Notes: generated from the sequence alone by a model not told the origin. A stretch of 64,000 nt of DNA from Chloroflexota bacterium (GCA_003551705.1 PUNJ01000020.1:17128-81127); one strand, 5' to 3'. Positions 36,518-46,217 are shown, numbered from the stretch's first letter. Program-made: numbers and translations.

Positions 36518-37743
36518 CCCAGTCCCTCCAGAAGTCGCTGCAACACCACGGTCTCGGCTGGATACGGTCCTGCGCTGAAGCGTGTTAGGTCTGCCTTCTC
36601 GCCGTCCATACGCAGTACCGCGCCCTCGCTTTCGAGGCCGGCTACAGCAGTAGTAATCCGAATAGCCGCTCGCTCAGAGGTAAGAGTAGTGAAACTATCT
36701 ACGCAGATTATGTCCGCTTGTGAGAGCCTGGACATCAACGCCTGCGGAAATACCGCATAGGGGTCAGAGCCCACACACAGAAGGACGTCGGGAACAGCCC
36801 CTTTCACCTGCTCAGTGAAAGAGCACTCAGGTCCATGACGAACGGTTCCAGCAAAACTCACACTCCCCACAGAGCCGGTCTCCTCAAACAGCTCCCTCCC
36901 CAGGCCCATCAAATTCGGTTCCGATAACATGGGTATCACCGCAACCTTGGCCCCCTCGACAGAATTGGCCTTTGCCACCATCTCGCAAAAGACGTTGGTG
37001 TCTCCTCCCAGTGAGCGGCCCAAACCGTCACCGCAGAAAACCACAGCAAATCCCGCCTTCATGAGCAGTTCCCGGAACTGCCGGGCCTCCGGTAAGTCAT
37101 CGCCACGCTCGAGCACAGCCTCCAGAAAGGCCAGGTCGCCACCGGGCTTTAGCTTGAACTTCGGCCGGCACAGGGAGGTGAACTCGCTCTCCCGGATATC
37201 CACACTGCTGAGGACGACGTTCTTCGGTTGCCACCCTGAGGGATCGTAATCGCTGTAGCAATAATACGTGAATTTGGAAAGATGCCGCGGATGGGTGTGG
37301 GCCGGATTTGACCCCCAGTACACCAGCAGACCGGCGCTATCCTTTATGTCAAGCAGAGAACAGGAAGGGAGATTCTTCTCAAGGATGGACTTCAAAATCT
37401 CTCCAAGTCCCAGCGAGAGGCTGCTGTCCAATACGGCTCCCAACCGGCGGGCTATTTCGATGGCGGTCTTCTGTGCCTCGATGGTGGAACTCCCAAGACC
37501 GTAGATAAGCGGATTCCTTGCGTATCTAAGCAGGTGTGTTGCTTCCGTTACGGCTTCCTCCAGGGAAACGTCCCGCTCTCCCACACGCGTGCGGCCCCTG
37601 CGTGCGGGGTCTCGGCTCGAGGCAAAGAGGGCAGCTCCCCTGGCACAGATATTCTCTATAAGCTTGAGAGTACTCCCGGCCTCTATCCGGATATCATCGC
37701 AGAAACAACTGCAACCGCTGCACGTCAAGGTTATCTTGGACAT
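36514..37743 (-). CDS. FwdB-like molybdopterin oxidoreductase subunit (formylmethanofuran dehydrogenase subunit B family)
   Basis: 409 aa. N-terminal CSGCSCFCDD, i.e. the CxxCxxxCDD Fe-S motif characteristic of FwdB/FmdB. Molybdopterin-oxidoreductase-like remainder. Confidence 0.55.
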   Translation of the reverse strand: MSKITLTCSGCSCFCDDIRIEAGSTLKLIENICARGAALFASSRDPARRGRTRVGERDVSLEEAVTEATHLLRYARNPLIYGLGSSTIEAQKTAIEIARRLGAVLDSSLSLGLGEILKSILEKNLPSCSLLDIKDSAGLLVYWGSNPAHTHPRHLSKFTYYCYSDYDPSGWQPKNVVLSSVDIRESEFTSLCRPKFKLKPGGDLAFLEAVLERGDDLPEARQFRELLMKAGFAVVFCGDGLGRSLGGDTNVFCEMVAKANSVEGAKVAVIPMLSEPNLMGLGRELFEETGSVGSVSFAGTVRHGPECSFTEQVKGAVPDVLLCVGSDPYAVFPQALMSRLSQADIICVDSFTTLTSERAAIRITTAVAGLESEGAVLRMDGEKADLTRFSAGPYPAETVVLQRLLEGLG

Positions 37744-37749
37744 ATTCGT

Positions 37750-39975
37750 CTAGTAGGAAGAGCGGGCCATGGCAGCCTCTTCCAGGATGGCTGTCGGCAA
37801 CTCCTCTGCACCAATCAGGTAAATCCTGCCCTTGCCAACTCCGGCTATACGGCGCATCAGTTCAGGGTCGGCGGAGCGCTGGTTGATGCAGATGCAGGAT
37901 ATGGTGATGCCTCTACGGGCTATCAGCGCCGCCTGTCTGAGCGCATATCTTTGAGGCGATGGATGCGGCGCTGTCGCGTCACCGTCCGATATCAGGATGA
38001 TATGCTGCTTGGCCCTGCCTTTCGGGTGACGTGCCAGGAGATCGCCTGCTTTGAGCAAGCCGTAGCCGATATTCGTAAAGGCATTTTCATGCAAGTCCAG
38101 GTCAAGCACGAGCCGGCTGACGCGATGCGGGCTGGCTGTAAGATCGACCACGATGTCAGCCAGATTTGAGAAGGAGATCACAGCTACACGGTCCTTATAG
38201 GCAGTCGCCGCCAGAGACAAGGCTATAGCGCTTTCCTTAGCAAACCAGAACTTCTCCAACTGGAGCATGGTCCCGGAGAGGTCAAGCACCAGGACGATGT
38301 CCATCCTGGTCCGAATATCCTTTATGTTAACCAGGATATCCTCCCTGGTTATCTCCTGTCTGCGATTACGCATGGCTTCTCTGAGGGTATCACGGAAGGA
38401 GATGTCGCGGTACTTATCGCCGAAGCGGAAGCGCCGCGTCCCAACCACTTTGCCCTCGCCCAGGTTGAGCTTCTTGCCCGCGCCGTGCCTGCCGTAACTA
38501 TAGAGGTAGGCACCTTCCTCCAACCGGGGAGTGAGTTTCTCAAGAAGAAAATTGATACCCCGCTGGCTCAGCATCCAGCCGCTGCTGGTCCTCTCCAAGA
38601 TGTCCTCTTCCTCCAGAAACTCCAGGGTCTTGGACAGGGCCGTCTTCTCCAGGTACTCGCGAATGCGCTCTTTTTCCTTCCTGAACTCCTCCACTTCCAT
38701 AAGTAGTTCGCTGTCAAGGTTGTCCAGCTTGAAGCGCTCCGGATACAGCTCGGGCAGGCGCTCGGATATTTGCTGGTATAGCATGGCCAGTTTGGTGTCG
38801 GGAAAGCGCTTGATTCGCTTCAGAAGCAGATCAAAGGCACCATACTTGAGCGGCTTGCGGAACTTGTCTTCCCGGACTATCTCTTCAACCAGTGAAATAA
38901 CATCGTCCTTGGTAAGCGAGGCTACCTCCACTTTGCCGCCATCAAGACCGGTGACCATGGCAACTATTCCTTCGATAATGCTCTGTCTCTTCCCAGGCAA
39001 GTCGACCTCTGGGGCCAGTTTCAGTCGATGAGGCAGAGACACGACGGCTGCATCCCCGAGCATGCGGTTTTCGTCCTCCAGGCCCAGATGAGGAAGATGT
39101 GCCAGGAGTTCCGCATAACGGACCATGCCCCTGGTACCCACCCCTCGCTCCACTTCAGCATGCCGCCTCGTCTCATTCACGATTGCCACCGCCTTGCCGG
39201 TCAGTGAAGAGTCCAGTGTCAGGCCCGCCTCGGCAATCCGGGACGAGACAATCTTACACTGCTGCTCAGCGTCATCCACATAGCCAAGCCTCATCACGTC
39301 GAAGCTGTCAGTAAGGTCCAGCGGCAACGACTTCAGCGCAGATTCACTGCCCGTAGCAACGACCAGAATATCCAAGTCGATCCGCTGGTCCAGCACACCA
39401 ATGGTCAGGGAGCCGCCCTGGACGGCATACATTACGGCATTGAGGACCCTTTCGGGAATCCTGTCAATGAAATCAATGATCAGGATGCCCCGGTTGGCTT
39501 TGAGCAATTTCCCCGGCAAGAAGGCCATGGTGGAGTGCAACCCCTCACGCAGGGCTACACCAGGGTCCACATCGCCTATCAGGTCTTCTACCATGAGGCC
39601 GGCGCTTCCCTGCACATTGACGATCCTGTCGGCGGCGCAGCGGACGGCACTCTCAAGGACTTCACCGCGGTCCCTTCTCTCCAGGCACCACGGACAAGTG
39701 GGGGCTTCAGGATCACAGTTCATAGGACAACCCTTCACTACCTGTATGTCCGACAAAATGCAGGAAAGATTATTGGCCAGGCTGGTCTTGCCGCTGCCCG
39801 GTGCACCCAGGATCAGCAAATGATGGCTGCTGTAAATGCTGCTGAGCAGCGCCTGTTTCTGGGGTTCTTCCAGCCACAGACCCTGGAATACGTCTTGAGT
39901 CTTATCCGGCTTGTCTCGCAAAGTTGCCAGAATCTCTTCTCGGAGCACAATTCTAGGTTCCTTCGGCGTGTTCAA
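37750..39975 (-). CDS. ChlD-like AAA+ ATPase fused to a C-terminal von Willebrand A (MIDAS) domain, with Cys4 insertion
   Basis: Walker A GAPGSGKTS. ChlI/BchI-family collinearity (KANRGILIIDFIDR...VVATGSES). Cys4 insert CPMNCDPEAPTCPWC. C-terminal vWA DLSGTM...ISDG. The annotated start is TTG; a GTG at 39948 with an AAGGAA SD is an alternative. Confidence 0.7.
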   Translation of the reverse strand: MNTPKEPRIVLREEILATLRDKPDKTQDVFQGLWLEEPQKQALLSSIYSSHHLLILGAPGSGKTSLANNLSCILSDIQVVKGCPMNCDPEAPTCPWCLERRDRGEVLESAVRCAADRIVNVQGSAGLMVEDLIGDVDPGVALREGLHSTMAFLPGKLLKANRGILIIDFIDRIPERVLNAVMYAVQGGSLTIGVLDQRIDLDILVVATGSESALKSLPLDLTDSFDVMRLGYVDDAEQQCKIVSSRIAEAGLTLDSSLTGKAVAIVNETRRHAEVERGVGTRGMVRYAELLAHLPHLGLEDENRMLGDAAVVSLPHRLKLAPEVDLPGKRQSIIEGIVAMVTGLDGGKVEVASLTKDDVISLVEEIVREDKFRKPLKYGAFDLLLKRIKRFPDTKLAMLYQQISERLPELYPERFKLDNLDSELLMEVEEFRKEKERIREYLEKTALSKTLEFLEEEDILERTSSGWMLSQRGINFLLEKLTPRLEEGAYLYSYGRHGAGKKLNLGEGKVVGTRRFRFGDKYRDISFRDTLREAMRNRRQEITREDILVNIKDIRTRMDIVLVLDLSGTMLQLEKFWFAKESAIALSLAATAYKDRVAVISFSNLADIVVDLTASPHRVSRLVLDLDLHENAFTNIGYGLLKAGDLLARHPKGRAKQHIILISDGDATAPHPSPQRYALRQAALIARRGITISCICINQRSADPELMRRIAGVGKGRIYLIGAEELPTAILEEAAMARSSY

Positions 39976-40717
39976 TCAGCAGTTTGCACAGTTCGTCGAC
40001 AGCCACCACTGCAGGGGAGTCTTCGGGCACCCCGGTAACAGGCTTGCCCTCGATGTCCAGAAGCGCCACGGCAGGATCGAAGGGAATGAAGACAGCGATT
40101 TCAAGGCCGTTCTCACTGGCCATTTGCCCTGCTCCTGCTTTGACCTCCGAAGTCACACGGTTCATGACTGGAATAATGGCGCCGAACTCCACGGATAGCT
40201 CCTCAGCAAGCTCCTGTATCCTCTTGGCAGTCAATATCCCGTTCTTGGTCGGGTCCGCGACCACTATCATCACATCCACATCCCGCGTGGTGCGTCTGCT
40301 CAGATGCTCGAGTCCGCCGTGACAGTCTATGACGGTGAAGTCGTAGCCTTGCGACCTGCTGTCGATTACCTGTCTGATCACATGATTCACGGCACAATAG
40401 CAGCCCTCGCCCTCGGGACGGCCCATGATGATGACATCGAAATCGGGGAACTCGTGGACCGACTCATGGATGGACAGCTTGAGGTATTCCTCTTTGGCAG
40501 CCGCCACCTTGCTGCGGGCGGGAGCGTTGATTATATCTTCGCGGGCCTGGCCCACGTTCTTGTCCACGCTCACACCGAGGGCTTCGGGCAGGTTGGAATC
40601 AGGGTCGGCGTCTATGGCCAGCACCGTCCCCTGTTTTGCCAGCCTCTTGATAAGCATGCTGGACAGGAAGGTCTTGCCTACCCCACCCTTTCCGGAAATG
40701 GCGATCGCAATACCCAT
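39953..40717 (-). CDS. cooC: CooC/AcsF-family Ni-insertion ATPase (MinD/ParA fold)
   Basis: Deviant Walker A GKGGVGKT. Metal-binding CxC (EGCYCAV) characteristic of CooC. 254 aa. GAGGAG SD. Confidence 0.8.
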   Translation of the reverse strand: MGIAIAISGKGGVGKTFLSSMLIKRLAKQGTVLAIDADPDSNLPEALGVSVDKNVGQAREDIINAPARSKVAAAKEEYLKLSIHESVHEFPDFDVIIMGRPEGEGCYCAVNHVIRQVIDSRSQGYDFTVIDCHGGLEHLSRRTTRDVDVMIVVADPTKNGILTAKRIQELAEELSVEFGAIIPVMNRVTSEVKAGAGQMASENGLEIAVFIPFDPAVALLDIEGKPVTGVPEDSPAVVAVDELCKLLIEHAEGT

Positions 40718-40719
40718 AA

Positions 40720-41751
40720 CTACTCCTCAAGTACGTTGGATACAAGCTCTTCAATGAGTTTGAATGGATCGTCGTAGAATTTCGATTCAGGCGATGGTTT
40801 GATACGGCTACCAAGAGACGATGATGCAACTTTTCTAACGTCGGCTACGCTGGCCTCCAGCCTGTTCTCCAGTCTGGCCATGGCCTGGACCTTTTCGTAG
40901 AGGGACAGGGCAGCCCTGACACTGGCGGGCTGGTCCATTTCCTTTCTCCAAGGGTCCTCTCTGGTACTCCGGACCAGGGTCACTACCGAGTCCAAGACTT
41001 TATCGCTTACCTGAACACCATCTATCTTGAGGCCGTGCTTCAAAATGATGGACTTCTCCATGTCGGTGGTCTCCGGATAGCCCATCTTGACCACGTCAAA
41101 GCGGTCCAGCAGTACATCAGAAAGCTCTTCGACGCCGGCCCGCTCTCTGGGGTTCATGGTGGCTATCATCATGAAGCCGGCGGGATAGTCCACGTCGTAC
41201 GGGCCTATGGTGGCGATGCCTTCTTCCAGCACTTGAAGCAGAGCATTCTGAAGCTTTTCAGTTACCCTGTTAAGTTCGTCGAAGAAGACTATGCCCCTGT
41301 TACCCTTCAGCAGCTTTCCGGGAAGGAATACCCGGTAGTCCTGGGGTCCATACTTGAAGGCCTGGGTGGGATCTATGTCGCCGAGCAGGTCTTCAGCCGT
41401 GAGGTCGGGGGAACCCTGCAAGCGCACGAAACGCTGCTCCCCCGAGATGGTAGCCGGTGTCAGTTCCTCACCGGCCGCCGCTTTGGCCTTGCAGCGAGGG
41501 CAGACCGGCGACTGTGGATCGCAATGATAGGGGCAGTCAGCCACAACCGTTATCGGCGGCATAGCAGCAGCTATGTGTTTAGCCATGGTCGTCTTGCCGA
41601 CGCCGGGAGGGCCTTCGATGAGAGTATGGTGGCCGGCGAGCAACGAAGCCAGGATCTTGTCCTTGGCATCCTTCTGGCCGACAATGACATCCAGCATGTC
41701 ACCGCCCTCAGCAGCATACTTCAGGATCGTGTCTTTGAGTCCCTCGATCAT
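40720..41751 (-). CDS. ChlI/BchI-like AAA+ ATPase with Cys4 zinc-ribbon insertion
   Basis: Walker A GPPGVGKTT. ChlI-family collinearity (KGNRGIVFFDELNR, MIATMNP, LLDRFD). Insert CPYHCDPQSPVCPRC. GGAGGG SD. Confidence 0.75.
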   Translation of the reverse strand: MIEGLKDTILKYAAEGGDMLDVIVGQKDAKDKILASLLAGHHTLIEGPPGVGKTTMAKHIAAAMPPITVVADCPYHCDPQSPVCPRCKAKAAAGEELTPATISGEQRFVRLQGSPDLTAEDLLGDIDPTQAFKYGPQDYRVFLPGKLLKGNRGIVFFDELNRVTEKLQNALLQVLEEGIATIGPYDVDYPAGFMMIATMNPRERAGVEELSDVLLDRFDVVKMGYPETTDMEKSIILKHGLKIDGVQVSDKVLDSVVTLVRSTREDPWRKEMDQPASVRAALSLYEKVQAMARLENRLEASVADVRKVASSSLGSRIKPSPESKFYDDPFKLIEELVSNVLEE

Positions 41752-41909
41752 GTTCCCTCCTGCGTGCCAGTATACTATACTCTAAAGCGGAGACCAAATT
41801 GCTCAATGGCGCATGCAAACCCTCAGTGGTAGAATGAGCAAAGGCATTACGGACCGATTGGCGACATCATCCCAGTGAAGATGGACCCCAGGAGAGGACA
41901 TAGACTGTA

Positions 41910-42734
41910 GTGGAAATCAGGGACTTTCTCGATAGACCCGAATTCCCCCTTTCCAGTCGCTACGACCCCCATTGGGTCCTCGACAACCAGATGGGACCGA
42001 ACGCGCTCTGGCTGCTTGAATGGCTTTCGGAGGCATTGGATCTCAAACCAGGGATGCGCGTGCTCGATCTCGTTTGCGGAAGGGCGCTTACCAGCATCTT
42101 CATGGCAAAGGAGTTCGGCACTCAGGTGTGGGCCGTCGATCTCTGGATATCGCCCGACCACAATTGGAGAAGGGCGGAACAGGCCGGAGTGGAAGATGCC
42201 CTATTTCCTTTGCGTGCGGAGGCACACGCCCTGCCATTTCCTGGGGACTTCTTCGACGCCATAGTGTCAATTGATGCCTACCAGTATTTCGGTACCGACG
42301 TACTCTATCTCGGCTACCTTTCAAGGTTCCTTCGTCCGGAAGGCCAGGCGGGCATTGTGGTACCCGGCCTCATGCAGCCAATCACTGAGGTCCCGGAACA
42401 CCTTGCCCGTCCACAGTCCAACGGAAAGGTCTTCTGGGAGAATGAGTGTTGGAGCTTCAAGACGGCTGAGTGGTGGCGGGAACACTGGAGCCGCAACCCC
42501 TCGGTAACCGATATTCAAGTGGACGTTCTCAAGAATGGATGGCGCCACTGGAGGGACTTCGAAAGAGCCCTTGAAATGACAGGCAAGTCGGTCTTTCCTT
42601 GCGATGCCGAGGCGCTGGAGATGGACCGCGGCAGTTACATCGGCTTTGTCCGAGCTACTGCCAGGCGCACCGGGAAAGCCGGCGTTAATCTGTATGACCC
42701 CTACATAGGCGTATCTTTCGGTCTGGACGCCTGA
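41910..42734 (+). CDS. class I SAM-dependent methyltransferase
   Basis: Motif I VLDLVCGRA. GTG start with distant GGAGAGGA; start uncertain. Confidence 0.6.
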   Translation: MEIRDFLDRPEFPLSSRYDPHWVLDNQMGPNALWLLEWLSEALDLKPGMRVLDLVCGRALTSIFMAKEFGTQVWAVDLWISPDHNWRRAEQAGVEDALFPLRAEAHALPFPGDFFDAIVSIDAYQYFGTDVLYLGYLSRFLRPEGQAGIVVPGLMQPITEVPEHLARPQSNGKVFWENECWSFKTAEWWREHWSRNPSVTDIQVDVLKNGWRHWRDFERALEMTGKSVFPCDAEALEMDRGSYIGFVRATARRTGKAGVNLYDPYIGVSFGLDA

Positions 42735-42901
42735 TTCGCCGGAACTAGGTATAGAATGCTGAGTGCTGAGTCCCCACGTGCGGACGCCTGACTCAGTACG
42801 CCACACCTCTCACCGATCGCAGTCCCGCCAGGTAATCGGCCTATAATGATTTTATGCGGCAATGAATTGGTCGCCCTGATCGCAGTGGAAGGAGGGCCTG
42901 T

Positions 42902-44833
42902 ATGGAACCGAGTGCGAATCTGGAGGGACTGCGGACCAGATACCCGAACAAGATCGCGTCCGAACGCACCGTCTTTCGTCACATCCGTCGAGGAGCCAGA
43001 ATCTTCGTCGGCACAGGCTGCGGCGAGCCTCAATACTTGATAGACAGCCTCATTCACTTTGTTCAGGCCCATCCCAAGGCATTCTACGACGCTGAAGTGC
43101 TACATCTGTGGACCCTCGGAGTTGCACCATACACCGATGAGAAGTTCACCAGGAATTTCCGCCATAATTCCTTCTTCGTAGGGAACAGCACCAGGGATGC
43201 CGTGAACAAGGGACTGGCTGACTACACACCCATCTTCCTGTCACAGGTCCCCAACTTGTTCACCCGCGGGCTTGTGACGGTCGACGTGGCCCTGATCCAG
43301 GTCTCGCCCCCCGATGAGCACGGCTACATGAGCCTGGGGGTGAGTGTTGATATAACCAAAGCAGCCATAGAGCATGCCTCAGTGGTGATTGCGCAGGTGA
43401 ATGCCTACATGCCGCGGGTCCATGGAGATGGCTTTGTCCACATCGACGAGGTAGACTTCATTCTTCCCCGTGACGAACCCATACTGGAGCTTCGACGCAC
43501 GCCACCGGACGAGACGGCGCAGCAAATAGGACGGTACGTCGCCAGCCTCATACGTGACGGCGACACTGTACAGGTGGGTTACGGCAGGATACCCGATGCT
43601 ATCATGTCTTGCCTGGACGGAAAGAACCATATTGGTGTACATACGGAACTGCTCAGCGACGGGCTTGTTGAACTGCTGAGACAGGGTGTTGTCGACAATA
43701 CTGGAAAGACCATCAACCGGGGTAAGAGCGTAGCGGCTTTCTGTATGGGCAGCAAAGCTACTTATGCCTACATTCACGATAACCCTTCCATTCAGTTCCG
43801 TACCATAGAATACACCAACAGCACCCTGATTATCGCCCAGCACCGCAATATGGTGGCTATCAATAGCGCCCTGGAAATAGACCTGACTGGACAGTCCACG
43901 GCAGAGTCCCTGGGAAAGCTGTTTTATAGCGGCATAGGTGGTCAGGCTGATTTCATGAGGGGAGCCATAATAGCCCCTAACGGGAAGAGCATCCTGGCAC
44001 TGCAGTCCACCAGCGACGACGGAGAGAGTTCTCGCATCGTCCCCTTTCTGAAGGAAGGCGCAGGCGTAACCTTGGTGCGAGGCGACATTCATTATGTGGT
44101 CACGGAATACGGCATAGCCTATCTACATGGCAAGAATATCCGGGAAAGGGCCATGCAGCTGATCTCCATTGCTCACCCCAAGTTCCAGCCCTGGCTCATA
44201 GAAGAGGCCAGGAGACTGAACCTCATCTATCGCGACCAGGCCTATATCCAAGGCAAAGGAGGAGAGTATCCCGAGGACCTGGTCACCTACCGGACCACGA
44301 GAACCGGGCTCGAGGTGATGCTGAGGCCCGTGAAGATCAGTGATGAGCCCCTGCTCAAGGACTTCTTCTACTCGCTTTCAGATACCTCACTGTACCGTCG
44401 CTTCATGTCGGCCAGAAAAGACATGCCGCACGAGCGCCTGCAACCATTGGTGGTCGTGGACTATACCAGGGAGATGGCCATTCTGGCTGTAAGGCCCAAA
44501 GATAGGGCTGAAGAAGTCATTGGTCTGGCCCACTACTATATAGACGATGCTTCACACACAGCCGAACTCGCGGTTGTGGTTGCCGACGCCTTTCAGGAAA
44601 AGGGGGTGGGCACCGAACTGGTCTCCTACACGATCTACCTGGCCAAGCACCAGGGACTACTGGGCCTCACGGCCGAGGTCCTGGCGGACAACAGGGCCAT
44701 GCTGAAGATACTCGAAAGGGCGGGATTTCAGGCCCAGGACGGGAGCCAGACAGGCACCTACACCGTCAAACTGGTCTTCCAGAGGGAAACGGGGGAGGGG
44801 CCAGGCGAGAGGGGACGAAGCCCCGGCTTTTGA
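42902..44833 (+). CDS. acetyl-CoA hydrolase/transferase-family protein fused to a C-terminal GNAT acetyltransferase domain
   Basis: 643 aa. The N-terminal ~430 aa are collinear with 4-hydroxybutyrate CoA-transferase/acetyl-CoA hydrolase. The C-terminal ~170 aa carry the GNAT fold pattern (QEKGVGTELV). GGAGGG SD. Confidence 0.7.
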   Translation: MEPSANLEGLRTRYPNKIASERTVFRHIRRGARIFVGTGCGEPQYLIDSLIHFVQAHPKAFYDAEVLHLWTLGVAPYTDEKFTRNFRHNSFFVGNSTRDAVNKGLADYTPIFLSQVPNLFTRGLVTVDVALIQVSPPDEHGYMSLGVSVDITKAAIEHASVVIAQVNAYMPRVHGDGFVHIDEVDFILPRDEPILELRRTPPDETAQQIGRYVASLIRDGDTVQVGYGRIPDAIMSCLDGKNHIGVHTELLSDGLVELLRQGVVDNTGKTINRGKSVAAFCMGSKATYAYIHDNPSIQFRTIEYTNSTLIIAQHRNMVAINSALEIDLTGQSTAESLGKLFYSGIGGQADFMRGAIIAPNGKSILALQSTSDDGESSRIVPFLKEGAGVTLVRGDIHYVVTEYGIAYLHGKNIRERAMQLISIAHPKFQPWLIEEARRLNLIYRDQAYIQGKGGEYPEDLVTYRTTRTGLEVMLRPVKISDEPLLKDFFYSLSDTSLYRRFMSARKDMPHERLQPLVVVDYTREMAILAVRPKDRAEEVIGLAHYYIDDASHTAELAVVVADAFQEKGVGTELVSYTIYLAKHQGLLGLTAEVLADNRAMLKILERAGFQAQDGSQTGTYTVKLVFQRETGEGPGERGRSPGF

Positions 44834-44883
44834 CGTGCGGAGTGTGGCACCGATATAATGGCCACAAAGCTCTGGAAGTCCGC

Positions 44884-45669
44884 ATGCTGAAAGTCAAAGA
44901 TGTCAACGCCACCTTCGCCGAAAAGGGCATTCACGTCACCCTGCCCCTGCCGGAGGAATATGAAGTCGATGCCCTGGAAATACTGCAGAAACACAATACC
45001 CCGGGCGGATACGGACTGCTCCTGAACATCAGCTACCGTGACGACTCCGGCCGGCAGGTATCGGATATCGTCTTTTGCGAAGCCAAGGTCGAAGGCAAAC
45101 GGCGGAGCCAGCAGCAGGAGATACGCCAGCCGGCAAAAGCTGACATGTTGCCTTTCAGAAACAGTGAAGGCTTCAAGAGTGATGAGGAAGCCCGTTCCTA
45201 TCTGGCCGAAGCCATGGGGCATCTTCTCAAGGACAAGGGCTATGAGCAAAGTGAGCGCGAAGGGGTGGACCTTTATTACGAGAACGACGGCCGGGGCTTT
45301 TTCCTGGCTATCGCCGTGCGATCCGACGACGAAGCCCTGGAGAAGGCCAAAAGGCTGGCCGAAATCCGCCTGAAGTACGGATTGGACCACGATTACGGGC
45401 TGCTGTTGCCGGCTTTTCAAGAGTCATTGGGGATGTCCTTGCTTAACCAGGACAAATGGATGTGGCGGAATGAAGAATTCCTGTCTTTCAACAAGATCGG
45501 CGTCTATGCCGTGGACAACTGGAATCCCAATCTGATCTATGCCTTCACAACGTATCCCAAGCCCCGGGAACTGAAGCGATATTTCATGACGACAGGCTCG
45601 CAGTGGCAGATGGTCCGGTCCCGGTATGTAGCCGGTCGCAGTCGCCGCCGCAAGGAGACAGAAGACTAA
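44884..45669 (+). CDS. hypothetical protein
   Basis: ORF of 261 aa from an internal ATG; no recognisable motif; coding-like composition. Confidence 0.4.
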   Translation: MLKVKDVNATFAEKGIHVTLPLPEEYEVDALEILQKHNTPGGYGLLLNISYRDDSGRQVSDIVFCEAKVEGKRRSQQQEIRQPAKADMLPFRNSEGFKSDEEARSYLAEAMGHLLKDKGYEQSEREGVDLYYENDGRGFFLAIAVRSDDEALEKAKRLAEIRLKYGLDHDYGLLLPAFQESLGMSLLNQDKWMWRNEEFLSFNKIGVYAVDNWNPNLIYAFTTYPKPRELKRYFMTTGSQWQMVRSRYVAGRSRRRKETED

Positions 45670-45875
45670 TCGTTTCCGGGAAGGCCCAAACCCGGAAATC
45701 TGACACCATCCGAAGAGGTACCTGAGGATCGGCCTCCTTTTCCTGCGGGTCGCGATCCCGTAACCCTCCTTAACCATCGTTTAATCCCTGGGTGTTAATA
45801 TTTTACCGAAAGGTGTTCCCTTCCTGTTACGGCCTTCGGCACTGCTGACAAAATAACCAACTCCGGAAATCTCAA

Positions 45876-46217
45876 GTGTGGGTGTTAGAAATCCTGGTTA
45901 TCATAATCGGGGTCATGGGCATCATTGTGATCGCCTGGGGCGCCTTTATCACCTTCGTGAGGCTGATCGTCACCGAGTACTTGAGCTTAGTTCGCCACCA
46001 TCCCACCAAGAAACGGGAATCGCTGCGTGTGATGTTCGGTATCAGACTTCTGTTGGGACTGGAATTCCTGATCGCTGCCGATGTTATCCGTACCGTAATG
46101 GACCCAACCTTGACGGAAATCGCCATCCTGGCCAGCATTGTAGCCATTCGTACCGTGATCAGCTTCTTCCTGGACAGAGAGATAGCCCACGTACCCCCTG
46201 AATTACGAGAAGACTAG
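45876..46217 (+). CDS. small integral membrane protein (DUF1622-like)
   Basis: 113 aa with three predicted TM helices. GTG start. Confidence 0.5.
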   Translation: MWVLEILVIIIGVMGIIVIAWGAFITFVRLIVTEYLSLVRHHPTKKRESLRVMFGIRLLLGLEFLIAADVIRTVMDPTLTEIAILASIVAIRTVISFFLDREIAHVPPELRED

